From: a virus
Length of the DNA: 64,000 bases
Direction: 5' to 3' (one strand)
Virus record (IMG/VR): IMGVR_UViG_3300025168_000056
Location: 13,850-77,849 of that record
In this document: positions 48,770 to 58,406 of the stretch, in pieces
Numbering within the stretch: position 1 is the stretch's first letter
How the letters are laid out: each line of letters begins with the position of its first letter
The notes under the pieces: generated by a model
The model's input: the letters and a program-made list of their open reading frames with translations, nothing else
Told to the model about the DNA's origin: nothing
Databases searched by the model: none
Position numbers and translations under genes: made by a program

Positions 48770-51700
48770 ATGCAAAAATCTACAGACATGTGGTTCCGTT
48801 ATTTAAAAGAGGACCGCACAATCACCGAAGGCTTACGAGATATTGGTCTTCCCGAATATGTAATCGACTTCATTGAAAGCGCAATGCCCGAGGCGCCTGA
48901 AAAATCCAAGATGCTTATGGGTAATCTGTGGAAGAACGACCGCGAGTATGGTAGAAATCTTACCGAACTACAGTTTAATATCGTCAACACCTTGATTAAT
49001 GATTACAATGACTATGTTATTGGTGACGGTCCAAAGGATGACGAAGGCAGACCCGGCGAGGTTGACGTGCGTACTGTTGAACCGTACGATCCGAGTGCTA
49101 TAAGAACCAAGCCCCGTCAAGCATATGACGACGAAAGAATAGAACAAGGCAAGCGTGTTAAGTTTGTTATCCAGAACCTCAAGAACGGCGTAGCTAAACC
49201 TTTCGGTACCTGGCGCAAGATGATAATGAAGTCGGTCAAAGCTTTAAGTAAAGCAGGCGTTCCGTCTGAAAAGGTCGAGACAACAAAAGAAGATTTAAAT
49301 AACATGCTTCAATCTAGATATCGCAATTGGTGGAACCAATATGATATCATTGCCGCGTTCTTAAATGATGACCCAACCAACTATGAGTTGGCTAAAGATG
49401 CGATTGATACTAGATCTAATACACACGATATCAACGAATTATTTACTATAGCAAAAGAATTTCTTGAGAACAAAGAAGACCCAGAGAACGTAATACATGA
49501 GTTTGATGATGGCTCGTACTGGTACAACCTAGCGACATCTAACTGCTCAGTCGAGGGCGAGCGCATGGGACACTGTGGTTCTGACTCGCGAGGCACACTG
49601 GTGTCTCTCCGCAAGAAGAAGGGCAAGCGCCGTGAGTCCTCGTCTTATGTCACAATGACATGGGGTGACGGCGACGCCGGCGAAACTCTTTACCAAATCA
49701 AAGGCAGAGGAAACGATGCACCCCCCGAAGAAGTCTGGGATCATATTGTGTGGTTTATCGACAATATGAATATTCAAGCCGTAGAAGAAACAGGCGAGCA
49801 CTCTAGCGACTACGATGGCTTTGAGATGATGAATGAATACCTCGCAAGCAAGACCACCGCCAGCTTTAGCGGCAACATCGAAGAGATTATGGAGGCTGTC
49901 CAAGAAGCCGTCGATGGCATTGACTCTAGATTCTACGACAACCGCAACGAAAATGAAGACACCAGTATTGACTGTACGGTTGAAACCGGTGAAGACATGG
50001 GCGGTGATCCCCGAAGTATTTATTTGTATATGAGGTGTGATGCAAGCTTCCAAATCAATCTTGGATGGCCGGGCTTTGAGACAAGAGACGGCATGTATAG
50101 ACCAACGACCGGACCCGACTCAACAGAACCTCTAGAGCTTGAGGATATACCTATCAATACGTGGGGAAGCGAAGCAAGGGAATTTGAAGGTGAGATCGGT
50201 CTCGATGACATAGGTTACGCGATGCCCGGTGAAGATGGTGAGACTGAGTGGACAATCACCATGATGACGGCCGCTAATCCCAACTGGGAAATCGGAATGG
50301 AAGACTCTACCGAGACCGCACACCTTGAGATAACAATGAGGAATAGTCAGACCGCCTATTCTGATATTGATAACGCAGGGGAAGCCGACGAGTACGACAG
50401 TTTTGCCGATGAGATGCTCGATTTCGATGGAGACATACAAGAGTATGCAGAGAAGATCCGCCGCGCACTTGTTCAAGGCGATTATGTTGCTAAGGGCGCA
50501 TACGACCGCGCCGAAGCAGATTTGGCTGCGATGCAGCTCCAAAACTTTAAGGTGTTTCAAGACGACACCGGCGTTGAATTTTGGTTCACGCCAACTGAAG
50601 AAGCGGCAGATGCTAACCTTATCATGAGCGACGTAAAGATTCCGATCGACGTTAAACAATACCTATACGATTTCACCAGCAACACAAACCAACCAGTCGA
50701 AAAATTGTTTGGTGATATGTTTGGTGGTCGCTTTGGCGGGGTCGGACAAAAGAAGATCGAGACAGATCACCTGAATGGTAGAATGGCAGCACACATTCAG
50801 ACTGCCTACAGAAAATCAGAAAGCTCAGATCCCAGACAGCTTCAATTGCCCCTTGGCTCTAACTACAAACCTGTTGACCCAAGAATAGTATTAGCCAAGG
50901 ACTCGCGATTCATTATCATTCCGCAAGTCAGCTACAGTCAGCAGTACCGATACCGCTACCCTGATATGGGCATCGCGTGGAAGTATACTATCGGTGTTAG
51001 CTCCAAGTCTCCAGAGGGCGAGGTCGAGGTAGTTAGAGATGTTGTAGAGTTCTTAGATAAGAACCCACAGTTAATCATGGCTGCTGCCAATGAGATCATT
51101 GAGTACTCGCTTGAGCCAATGGTAGAAAGAGCCGAGACAGTAAAGGATAAAGTCTATAGCAACCAAGAGTTTGCCAAAGCAATTCAACAGATTAAGTCAA
51201 TCTATTCTGCCAATGCAGACACCGGCAACCCAGAAGCTGAGAAGGTAATGATGATTGCCATGTGGTTCCAAAACAACATCGAAAAGATGAACGAAGCCCA
51301 AAGATTTATTATGTGGAAGTATTGGTTAAATCCACTGGTCAGCCAGCGCTTCCGGTTGTTTGGTGAGCATGCTGGCATTGAGTTAGATGACGACGCAAAC
51401 TTAGGCAAGCCCCGGACGTTTGATGATCTTGTATTCCAGCACGTGCGAAAACTTGGTGCAGCCACAGAAGCACAAGCCAAGAGCGCAAGCGCCATGGATG
51501 AGTCAGCTGAAGACCAGATAGCGAGAATAGAAAGAACAATAAAAGAAGTTGACGCAGCATACGATCTTAGACTCTACGCGGTACAGGTTGGTTGCACCGT
51601 TTCAAAAGATATAGGCGGCACGGAGTCAGAAACAGCAACCGAGATTCGTGGTATCCCTGGTGTCACGACAGTACGACCCGAGGCAGATAAGAAAAGAGAT

Positions 51701-52315
51701 ATCACAGCAACTTCAGAATACGTGCTTTACGATATCAAGTTCGGGCTCATAGGCGCTCGGTCACGTGTAGAATATCGTGATGAGGTACTTTTACCGGGTC
51801 TGCGGAGAATTAAGGGTCTTAAAATTTTAACGGTTTCTGCGATGCACCGCACTAATAGGCAGGGCACGATTCGTACTGTCCGCGAGTCTAAGATTATGAA
51901 GGAATATGTAGGCGGTTTCGGAGGGTTGGCAGGCGCTTTGGGTTCCCAAAGGTCCAACATCTCTAATCGTAGACCAACACCACGCCCTGCGGTGCAGTCC
52001 ATGATAGACGACTGGGCAGAGGGAGGAGTCATGACTTATGATGCACCAACGAATTCTACTGATATGAGATATCACACTATGATACCGGTCGAAGAATTGC
52101 TGCCTTATATGTCACGAGAGTATCGGGGCAACAAAATGGACTTTGACGGCCGGTACAAGAATTTCATCCGAACCGGTGCAAGATACCCAGTATACTTAGC
52201 TATAGGACAAAATGGGCGCGCTAAGATCACCGGAAGTGAAGATCTAGTTTGGTTTGCCAAACGCGCCGGACTTGAAGAGTTGCCCGTATTTCTCAGTTTC
52301 CAAAAGCAGGTATAA
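48770..52315 (+). CDS. Large multidomain putative internal virion protein with PcfJ-like domain
   Basis: WFRYLKE N-terminus; EGERMGHCG...LVSLR...YVTM...QIKGRGN; degenerate ParB-like C-terminus. Confidence 0.6.
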   Translation: MQKSTDMWFRYLKEDRTITEGLRDIGLPEYVIDFIESAMPEAPEKSKMLMGNLWKNDREYGRNLTELQFNIVNTLINDYNDYVIGDGPKDDEGRPGEVDVRTVEPYDPSAIRTKPRQAYDDERIEQGKRVKFVIQNLKNGVAKPFGTWRKMIMKSVKALSKAGVPSEKVETTKEDLNNMLQSRYRNWWNQYDIIAAFLNDDPTNYELAKDAIDTRSNTHDINELFTIAKEFLENKEDPENVIHEFDDGSYWYNLATSNCSVEGERMGHCGSDSRGTLVSLRKKKGKRRESSSYVTMTWGDGDAGETLYQIKGRGNDAPPEEVWDHIVWFIDNMNIQAVEETGEHSSDYDGFEMMNEYLASKTTASFSGNIEEIMEAVQEAVDGIDSRFYDNRNENEDTSIDCTVETGEDMGGDPRSIYLYMRCDASFQINLGWPGFETRDGMYRPTTGPDSTEPLELEDIPINTWGSEAREFEGEIGLDDIGYAMPGEDGETEWTITMMTAANPNWEIGMEDSTETAHLEITMRNSQTAYSDIDNAGEADEYDSFADEMLDFDGDIQEYAEKIRRALVQGDYVAKGAYDRAEADLAAMQLQNFKVFQDDTGVEFWFTPTEEAADANLIMSDVKIPIDVKQYLYDFTSNTNQPVEKLFGDMFGGRFGGVGQKKIETDHLNGRMAAHIQTAYRKSESSDPRQLQLPLGSNYKPVDPRIVLAKDSRFIIIPQVSYSQQYRYRYPDMGIAWKYTIGVSSKSPEGEVEVVRDVVEFLDKNPQLIMAAANEIIEYSLEPMVERAETVKDKVYSNQEFAKAIQQIKSIYSANADTGNPEAEKVMMIAMWFQNNIEKMNEAQRFIMWKYWLNPLVSQRFRLFGEHAGIELDDDANLGKPRTFDDLVFQHVRKLGAATEAQAKSASAMDESAEDQIARIERTIKEVDAAYDLRLYAVQVGCTVSKDIGGTESETATEIRGIPGVTTVRPEADKKRDITATSEYVLYDIKFGLIGARSRVEYRDEVLLPGLRRIKGLKILTVSAMHRTNRQGTIRTVRESKIMKEYVGGFGGLAGALGSQRSNISNRRPTPRPAVQSMIDDWAEGGVMTYDAPTNSTDMRYHTMIPVEELLPYMSREYRGNKMDFDGRYKNFIRTGARYPVYLAIGQNGRAKITGSEDLVWFAKRAGLEELPVFLSFQKQV

Positions 52316-52317
52316 TA

Positions 52318-53079
52318 ATGCTCAAGCGCCTGAAAGATAGTGCAATCAGGATTACTACGGCTGTCGCTGTGGCGACTTTTTTAATTGGTTTGGCGGTGAC
52401 CTCTTCTTTTAAGCAGGCGCAGATATCAAGTACCCGAAGTATACAATCCCCAGATAATGTATCGAGCTTTCTCGATAAGCGCGCAGCATCAACGGTTAAG
52501 AAGTCGAGGAAGAGCGCAGTTAATGTTATGTCCATTTCTGGAGATGGGTATATTTCATCATCTTCTGGTACTTATTTTGTATTAGAAGGTCGCCACTATA
52601 TTATAACAGTTAGTCATGGGATTGTTGGAGAATGCCCTTCTATCCGTATTTTGTCTGCTGGGCACATGACCGAGTGTGTAAGAATCGCCATGATCGACAG
52701 AGATATTGACTACGCGATAATAGAAATAGAACAAATACCCGAAAGGACTCCAATCAGGATTCCGAGAGAGTACCCGAATAATCGCGATTGGGAACAACAC
52801 CTTGCAATTCAGAGAACCGTTTACTATACCGGGTACCCTAATGGATTTGGTCCTCTAACTTTCGGAGGACAGATTGCTGGTCATGATGTTAGCGAGAATA
52901 TATACGTGCATTCGTTTGCATGGCCGGGCTCATCAGGCTCTGGGGTCTTTAGTGAGTCTGGGGATATGATAGGATTAATAGTAGCAATTAGTGTTGGCAC
53001 CACGGATTACGGAATTGATGTTCTGGAGGACGTGGTAATAGTTATACCGCTTTACAAAATTAACTGGAACATGTTATAA
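52318..53079 (+). CDS. Trypsin-like serine protease with N-terminal signal/anchor
   Basis: ITVSHG (His), DYAI (Asp), GYP, PGSSGSG (Ser). Confidence 0.9.
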   Translation: MLKRLKDSAIRITTAVAVATFLIGLAVTSSFKQAQISSTRSIQSPDNVSSFLDKRAASTVKKSRKSAVNVMSISGDGYISSSSGTYFVLEGRHYIITVSHGIVGECPSIRILSAGHMTECVRIAMIDRDIDYAIIEIEQIPERTPIRIPREYPNNRDWEQHLAIQRTVYYTGYPNGFGPLTFGGQIAGHDVSENIYVHSFAWPGSSGSGVFSESGDMIGLIVAISVGTTDYGIDVLEDVVIVIPLYKINWNML

Positions 53080-53095
53080 TAGGAGGGATGAAGAG

Positions 53096-53338
53096 ATGGC
53101 AAAATTTAAAGGACCACTTTGCTATGCACCGATAGTACAGAAACTTCAAGAAATGGATACGGTGATAAAGGATATGAAAGTGAAAATCGAACAATTAAAG
53201 ACGACTTTTTGTGAAAAAGGTATCGAAGTGGAAGAAGAATGCCCTGATGTAATTGAATCTGAAATTGCAATGATGGAAGTCATGAAAGAGGTTTATATAA
53301 GCGCAATCGTAGAAGAAGAGCCAGAGGGTGAAGCATGA
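53096..53338 (+). CDS. Hypothetical protein
   Basis: ORF with SD. Confidence 0.6.
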   Translation: MAKFKGPLCYAPIVQKLQEMDTVIKDMKVKIEQLKTTFCEKGIEVEEECPDVIESEIAMMEVMKEVYISAIVEEEPEGEA

Positions 53339-53670
53339 GTGAGCTTACAGATATCGCAGAATTGTCGACCGAGCCCGAGGATCTAAAGCCTAAGAAACCA
53401 AGTAATCGTGCCCCAGAAGGCATTAGAACATTTACGGTGTGTCGCCAAAGTGATGAAACTGGTATATCTGGTGAGGGTGTCGTTATCGAAGGCGCCACAT
53501 TCGCAACGGGACATACTGTTATTCACTGGTTGACACCAGCCCCGCGCGGCAGTATTGCATTTTTTGATGCGTTTGATGATTTTTTGAAAATCCATATCAA
53601 ACCTCACCCAACAAACAAAACAATAATCACCTTTGAAGATGGTGAACAAGCCATGTACGATGGAGGATAA
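53335..53670 (+). CDS. Hypothetical phage protein
   Basis: DETGISGEGVVIEG..F..G..V.HW motif; ATGA coupling. Confidence 0.7.
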   Translation: MSELTDIAELSTEPEDLKPKKPSNRAPEGIRTFTVCRQSDETGISGEGVVIEGATFATGHTVIHWLTPAPRGSIAFFDAFDDFLKIHIKPHPTNKTIITFEDGEQAMYDGG

Positions 53671-53675
53671 GGCAT

Positions 53676-54674
53676 ATGAGTTATAAGTTTTCAACAGGCA
53701 GCGTAAGAAAAGGCGACGTTTATTTTGAAGATGACCGCGAGGGTGAACCCACCTACATTGATTTTGGTCAAGATAGCATAACGCTACGCCCCAGCGGTTC
53801 ACAGATATTGCACGTAATTGCTGATGCGGTCGGCATCGGAACCACAACCCCCACAGAAATTTTAACACTAAATGCAACAGATCCAACAATTCTTTTTCGC
53901 GAAGGTGGGACGGATAAGGCTACCATTGGGGTAAACTCAGCGGATAATATTCTGTTTGAAAACAAGACGATGAACAAACACATCGTTTTCAAAGTCAACG
54001 ATCAAGGAGCAGTTAAAGAAGGATTCCGCTTAGACGGGGCTGTTCCCGAGGTTGTTGTGAATCAAACTTCTGATTCGCTGGTAGATTTCCGTGTAGAGTC
54101 TGACAACCAAACACACATGCTATTTGTTGACGGCTCGGCAGATAAAGTTGGCGTTGGGACAAATACACCAATGACGACACTACATGTTCACTCGGATTCT
54201 ATCAACAACGGCGCGCTGCTGATTAGTCAGGCTGACAACTCCGGTGATGCTTCACAGCTTGACTTATCGAAAGCAAGAGGCACCGGTGCATCACCGACCG
54301 CTGTACAAAATAACGACTTTCTTGGCCAAGTTAGATTTTTGGCATATGATGGCAATAGTTACGATAATTTTGCTGACATGTATGCCCAAGCCGCAGGTAC
54401 AATCAGCACGACCTCTCACCCAACAAAGATAGTGATGAGAACGACAAAAAGTAGTGCAACTTCGCCCACAACTGCGGTTACAATTGATGAAAATCAAAAC
54501 GTAATAGTTGAAGGCAACTTAGAGGTCAAGGATCAAATAACGATTCGCGATCAGAACGCACCTGCTTCTGCCTCAGCAAACGGGTTTAGGGGTGAGATAA
54601 GGTATGATAGCGACTACATCTATGTTTGTGTCGCCGATAACACTTGGAAGAGGGTAGCTTTATCTTCGTGGTAA
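53676..54674 (+). CDS. Tail fibre-like beta-rich virion protein
   Basis: Repeated VGIGTTTP/VGVGTNTP, DFRVESD, C-terminal YIYVCVADNTWKRVAL. Confidence 0.75.
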   Translation: MSYKFSTGSVRKGDVYFEDDREGEPTYIDFGQDSITLRPSGSQILHVIADAVGIGTTTPTEILTLNATDPTILFREGGTDKATIGVNSADNILFENKTMNKHIVFKVNDQGAVKEGFRLDGAVPEVVVNQTSDSLVDFRVESDNQTHMLFVDGSADKVGVGTNTPMTTLHVHSDSINNGALLISQADNSGDASQLDLSKARGTGASPTAVQNNDFLGQVRFLAYDGNSYDNFADMYAQAAGTISTTSHPTKIVMRTTKSSATSPTTAVTIDENQNVIVEGNLEVKDQITIRDQNAPASASANGFRGEIRYDSDYIYVCVADNTWKRVALSSW

Positions 54675-54682
54675 ACTAATTA
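54675..54682 (+). promoter_or_regulatory. Putative late promoter, leaderless
   Basis: ACTAATTA-TAAT-ATG with no SD. Confidence 0.6.
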
Positions 54683-54686
54683 TAAT

Positions 54687-55823
54687 ATGGACAAATGGTT
54701 TAAATTACTCAGAGAAGAGAGAGCATCCGTCGCCGGTTTACGCAAATCGATGGGGGATTTGCTCGATAAGGGATCACAAACGGATGGTAGCCCCTACGAC
54801 GAAGAAGATGATGAAGATCCTCGTTTGAAGGGCAAGAAGAACAGAAATCAAGTTTCTGCCCCTCCCGGTGCTCCCGGCGGTGGTAGTGTCGGCGCCGCTG
54901 GTCCGTCTTTAGAAGAAGACGATGCCCGAGATCAAAGACCCCAACCAGAACCAAGCCAAGTCAACGCGACTAAGGCACAACGACGGTATAAAGCCCAGCG
55001 TCGAAAGAACGACATATACTCGCAGCCCGCAGGACACAAGAACCTGTCGAGTGGCGCGCCGTTTGATAACAAGACAAAACGTGCCGGCACTGATCGGCTT
55101 AGATTTGAAGACGTTGAGCCAGAATCTTTTGAAAAAAATCCAACACTTGAACCTCACTTCTGGCAAGACAACAAACTTAATCCTAAAATAGCTAGCCGGC
55201 TCAAAAGAATTGCTCAAGATTTTGCTGATGGACTTGATGTGCCAACCGAGATGATCGATCTTAGGTTTACTGGCAGTCTCGCCAACTACAACTGGTCTAG
55301 GTACTCCGATGTAGACCTGCACTTGGTTGTAGACTTCTCAAAAATTGATACTGATGTAGAGATAGTCAAGGCATTTTTTGATGCAGCACGCATGCGCTGG
55401 AACGAGCTTCACAACATTATAGTTTATGGCTATGAAGTTGAGGTTTACGTTGAAAACGTAGGGGATGTGCATAAATCGTCAGGTATTTATTCTATAATGA
55501 AAGATGAGTGGGTCATTGAACCAGACCCCACCGATGTCCACTTTGACTTTGCTATCGCGCGCTCAAAGAGCGACGATGTAATGACTCAGATAAATATGAT
55601 TGAAAAATTTGCAAAGAAGAAGCCCCGTTCTGCTTTGGCGGCCGTTGAAAGGCTCAAACTAAAGATACGTTCGATGAGAAGAGCGGGTTTACAGAGCGCA
55701 GAGCAAGAGTTTTCAGCCGAAAATATAGCATTTAAGATTCTTAGAAGAGAGGATGCACTACAAAAATTAAACGATTTGAAGTATGATGCATATGATGATA
55801 TAATGAGTATGGAGTTAGCATGA
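54687..55823 (+). CDS. Pol beta-superfamily nucleotidyltransferase with putative capsid-targeting N-terminus
   Basis: FTGSLANYNW...SDVDLH, EVEVY; N-terminus WFKLLRE. Confidence 0.8.
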   Translation: MDKWFKLLREERASVAGLRKSMGDLLDKGSQTDGSPYDEEDDEDPRLKGKKNRNQVSAPPGAPGGGSVGAAGPSLEEDDARDQRPQPEPSQVNATKAQRRYKAQRRKNDIYSQPAGHKNLSSGAPFDNKTKRAGTDRLRFEDVEPESFEKNPTLEPHFWQDNKLNPKIASRLKRIAQDFADGLDVPTEMIDLRFTGSLANYNWSRYSDVDLHLVVDFSKIDTDVEIVKAFFDAARMRWNELHNIIVYGYEVEVYVENVGDVHKSSGIYSIMKDEWVIEPDPTDVHFDFAIARSKSDDVMTQINMIEKFAKKKPRSALAAVERLKLKIRSMRRAGLQSAEQEFSAENIAFKILRREDALQKLNDLKYDAYDDIMSMELA

Positions 55824-56062
55824 AATTTGTCGAGATAGCGGATACTGCGAAGGTTTTTCCCGGCGAGTACATATTGCACGTACCCTCTAACCAAGTGGTT
55901 CTTTGTGGGGCGTTTAGTCGCGACACCAATAACATACGTGTTATGGCGCACGGAAAGATGTTCTCAGATAAAATAGATAATTTTAAGAAAATAAACATGT
56001 CGAGGAAAGAGAAGTCGACGTCGAAGAAGACGCGGCGCTGTGGTAGCTGTAAGAAGGTATAA
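55820..56062 (+). CDS. Hypothetical protein
   Basis: ATGA coupling; C-terminal CGSCKK. Confidence 0.65.
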   Translation: MKFVEIADTAKVFPGEYILHVPSNQVVLCGAFSRDTNNIRVMAHGKMFSDKIDNFKKINMSRKEKSTSKKTRRCGSCKKV

Positions 56063-56229
56063 TGAGAGAACAAATAAAAACTGTCAAAAACTTCTGTCTT
56101 ATTCAACTACAGATCCTACAGGATAAGAAAGAGACACTGAGAAAAGAGTTGCTTAACTGCAAAATTCAAGAAGAATTTTTAACAAAGACTATCGAAGACT
56201 TGGAAGGTACAGGTGAATCGGACACGTAA
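56062..56229 (+). CDS. 55-aa coiled-coil protein (absent from the ORF track)
   Basis: TAATG coupling; MREQIKTVKNF... Confidence 0.55.
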   Translation: MREQIKTVKNFCLIQLQILQDKKETLRKELLNCKIQEEFLTKTIEDLEGTGESDT

Positions 56230-56479
56230 CATATTGATGGTGGGTCCACTATCTGAAGTTGAACCGAGAATGAAACAGCTCGCCTCAAACTTGTTTACTT
56301 CTTTAATGATGATGGAATCAATGGAGCGCCTTGAAATTGCAGAAGAGGAATATCGGCTTGCTTGTGTTGGTGACGACGCAGAGATTGCTAGGGAAAAAGA
56401 GCAGATGTTAAAGGCTTGTGAGGTTACCATGCAGATAACAATAGGTTTGTTTATTGAAGGAGAAGAGACAACCCAATGA
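56213..56479 (+). CDS. Hypothetical protein
   Basis: Packed ORF. Confidence 0.55.
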   Translation: MNRTRNILMVGPLSEVEPRMKQLASNLFTSLMMMESMERLEIAEEEYRLACVGDDAEIAREKEQMLKACEVTMQITIGLFIEGEETTQ

Positions 56480-56745
56480 CTAACATCTATATTTATTGTT
56501 TGTTCGACTCAACTAAGAGGGACTCGTTTAGAGGTGTCTATTCATCTATAAAAGCGGTTCACCGGGATGCGCTAAAATTAGCAAATCGTGGACACACTCA
56601 AGTGGTCATGTACCATGAAGGAAAAAGTGTTGAGCCGTCGGTATCTAACCTGCGAAATACATTGAAAGGCAAATGTGATCTGCATGTAGATTATCGCACA
56701 AACCGCTCAATAATCACCATATATAAGACAAGGCTAAAAGAATGA
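56476..56745 (+). CDS. Hypothetical protein
   Basis: ATGA coupling. Confidence 0.65.
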   Translation: MTNIYIYCLFDSTKRDSFRGVYSSIKAVHRDALKLANRGHTQVVMYHEGKSVEPSVSNLRNTLKGKCDLHVDYRTNRSIITIYKTRLKE

Positions 56746-56996
56746 TTTATATAGTGTATGGGATAACAGACTGTCCTGCCTGCCTCCGTGCGTGTGCAGA
56801 CTTGATGGAGGTTTACCCAGCTAAAGAATATGTCTTTGTTGAGACTGATTTTTCAAAAACCTACCGAGAACAAATTAAAGAAAAGTATAACTGGGCCACT
56901 TTTCCTATTATTATTCAGCAGACCGGCAACGAAAGTATCGTTATTGGTGGCTACGAGCAGCTTAAAGGTCACTTAGCAAGCCTATCGGCACTGTAG
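56742..56996 (+). CDS. Glutaredoxin-like protein
   Basis: CPAC, WATFPII, IGGY. Confidence 0.88.
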   Translation: MIYIVYGITDCPACLRACADLMEVYPAKEYVFVETDFSKTYREQIKEKYNWATFPIIIQQTGNESIVIGGYEQLKGHLASLSAL

Positions 56997-57011
56997 CGAC
57001 ATAGTTACTAT

Positions 57012-57254
57012 GTGGACAGTTTCTCTAAAGGTGATTTGGTGCGGTGGGTTATAGGGCATGCCACGTTTGCCGCCTACCCCGATAAGCTGGTTGGAGCAGA
57101 CCCGATCTATAAGTATGGGATCGTCATGCAAGTATCCAGCAAAAGAGAAACTGCTATAGTGGTTCATTCTTGCGGGTTTGATCCAGACTATCGCTTGATA
57201 ATACTAGATGGCGTAGAAGATGATGTTGAGATTTTAAGCAAAGGGGGAACTTGA
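57012..57254 (+). CDS. Small KOW/SH3-like protein (FSKGDLV)
   Basis: GDLV...YGIV motif. Confidence 0.7.
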   Translation: MDSFSKGDLVRWVIGHATFAAYPDKLVGADPIYKYGIVMQVSSKRETAIVVHSCGFDPDYRLIILDGVEDDVEILSKGGT

Positions 57255-57255
57255 C

Positions 57256-57549
57256 ATGGCTAAATTTGATCTTGGAGAGAAAGCAGATAAAGACGAAGCG
57301 AAGAAGGCACTGATGCAGCACGCTGCCGGTGTGTTCGACGGAAGGTTTACTGTTCGATTTGAGTCTGATGACGGAGGCAATCATATTGTGTTGGTCTTGG
57401 AAGTTGAACAGCCATCAGAGCAACTGCCTAAATTCTTGTCTGATGCATTATGGGATAGCAAATGGATGGGGTGGCGTTATATTATTAAGAAAGCTCCCCC
57501 CGGTTACATTGACGCTATCTTGGAGGCTCCAGAACGCGACGACTACTAA
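57256..57549 (+). CDS. Hypothetical protein
   Basis: ORF with SD. Confidence 0.65.
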   Translation: MAKFDLGEKADKDEAKKALMQHAAGVFDGRFTVRFESDDGGNHIVLVLEVEQPSEQLPKFLSDALWDSKWMGWRYIIKKAPPGYIDAILEAPERDDY

Positions 57550-57599
57550 CAATTCCTTGACAACAAAACGCTTGCATCTGGCTGTGAGTGTGGTATATT
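57546..57599 (+). promoter_or_regulatory. Promoter with upstream tandem box
   Basis: CTAACA(57546), TTGACA(57557), TTGCAT(57572)-N16-TATATT. Confidence 0.65.
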
Positions 57600-57617
57600 A
57601 AGAGGGTAGGAGAAACT

Positions 57618-57992
57618 ATGGCTAAAATTAAAGTTGGCGATCTTGTTTGCATGTATCGTCGTAAAAAGAAAGGGATGGGCATTGTGTTAGAACACACACC
57701 CGATCTCATAATGAAAGCAGACGTGGGTTTGACATTCGATGAGTTTACTGATATTTTATCGAAGGCTGGCGACAGTCATGACGCCAAGGTTTCCGCGCGC
57801 CGCAATATACAACTGGAAGCAAAGTATCCTGAACTAATCACCACGTGTATGATCTATAACGCATCGTGGGCTAAGAAGCCTAAAAAAGAGTTTGTGCGGA
57901 TTCGTTGGTTTGACCGCCCTTCTTTGTATGAAACTGGGCAGATTACAGAAGAAGAAGAGTGGTGCCCAGCAGATTGGGTGAGAAGAGTATAG
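57618..57992 (+). CDS. KOW/SH3-like protein (IKVGDLV) with insertion
   Basis: GDLV...GMGIV...VRIRW; SD AGGAG. Confidence 0.7.
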   Translation: MAKIKVGDLVCMYRRKKKGMGIVLEHTPDLIMKADVGLTFDEFTDILSKAGDSHDAKVSARRNIQLEAKYPELITTCMIYNASWAKKPKKEFVRIRWFDRPSLYETGQITEEEEWCPADWVRRV

Positions 57993-57999
57993 TTACTAT

Positions 58000-58245
58000 G
58001 TGGAATCTAGTATACCAAATGCTCGCTATAGCGTGGGCGATCTCGTTCGTTGTCGGTACACATTCTATCAGTTCTACTACCCGCAATATCAAGATGAGTT
58101 CGATGAGCCCCCTTATTTTGGGATCGTCGTTGAGGTTGATTATGCCCAGTATGAAGATTGGCCAGGAGAAGTAATCTATGTTGTGTACTGCACTGATCAC
58201 TCCTACCGATTTTTTGTGGAAGAAGAACTGGTCAAACTCTCTTGA
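58000..58245 (+). CDS. Small KOW/SH3-like protein (YSVGDLV)
   Basis: GDLV...FGIVV...YVVY...EEEL. Confidence 0.7.
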   Translation: MESSIPNARYSVGDLVRCRYTFYQFYYPQYQDEFDEPPYFGIVVEVDYAQYEDWPGEVIYVVYCTDHSYRFFVEEELVKLS

Positions 58246-58306
58246 CATATGCTTGACAAAAAACAGAGAGAAAATGGTTGACATTCGTTGCCAGTAGTGG
58301 TATTAT
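58242..58306 (+). promoter_or_regulatory. tRNA promoter with upstream tandem box
   Basis: TTGACA(58242), TTGACA(58253), TTGACA(58278)-N17-TATTAT. Confidence 0.7.
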
Positions 58307-58319
58307 AATAGAGTAATAA

Positions 58320-58406
58320 GGGACCGTGGTGGAATTGGTAGACACAAGAGACTTAAAATCTCTCGCCCGTATGGGCATGCGGGTTCGATCCCCGCCGGTC
58401 CTACCA
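58320..58406 (+). tRNA. tRNA-Leu (anticodon TAA)
   Basis: Cloverleaf with long variable arm, AGAGA-CTTAAAA-TCTCT, GTTCGA, CCA end. Confidence 0.95.
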
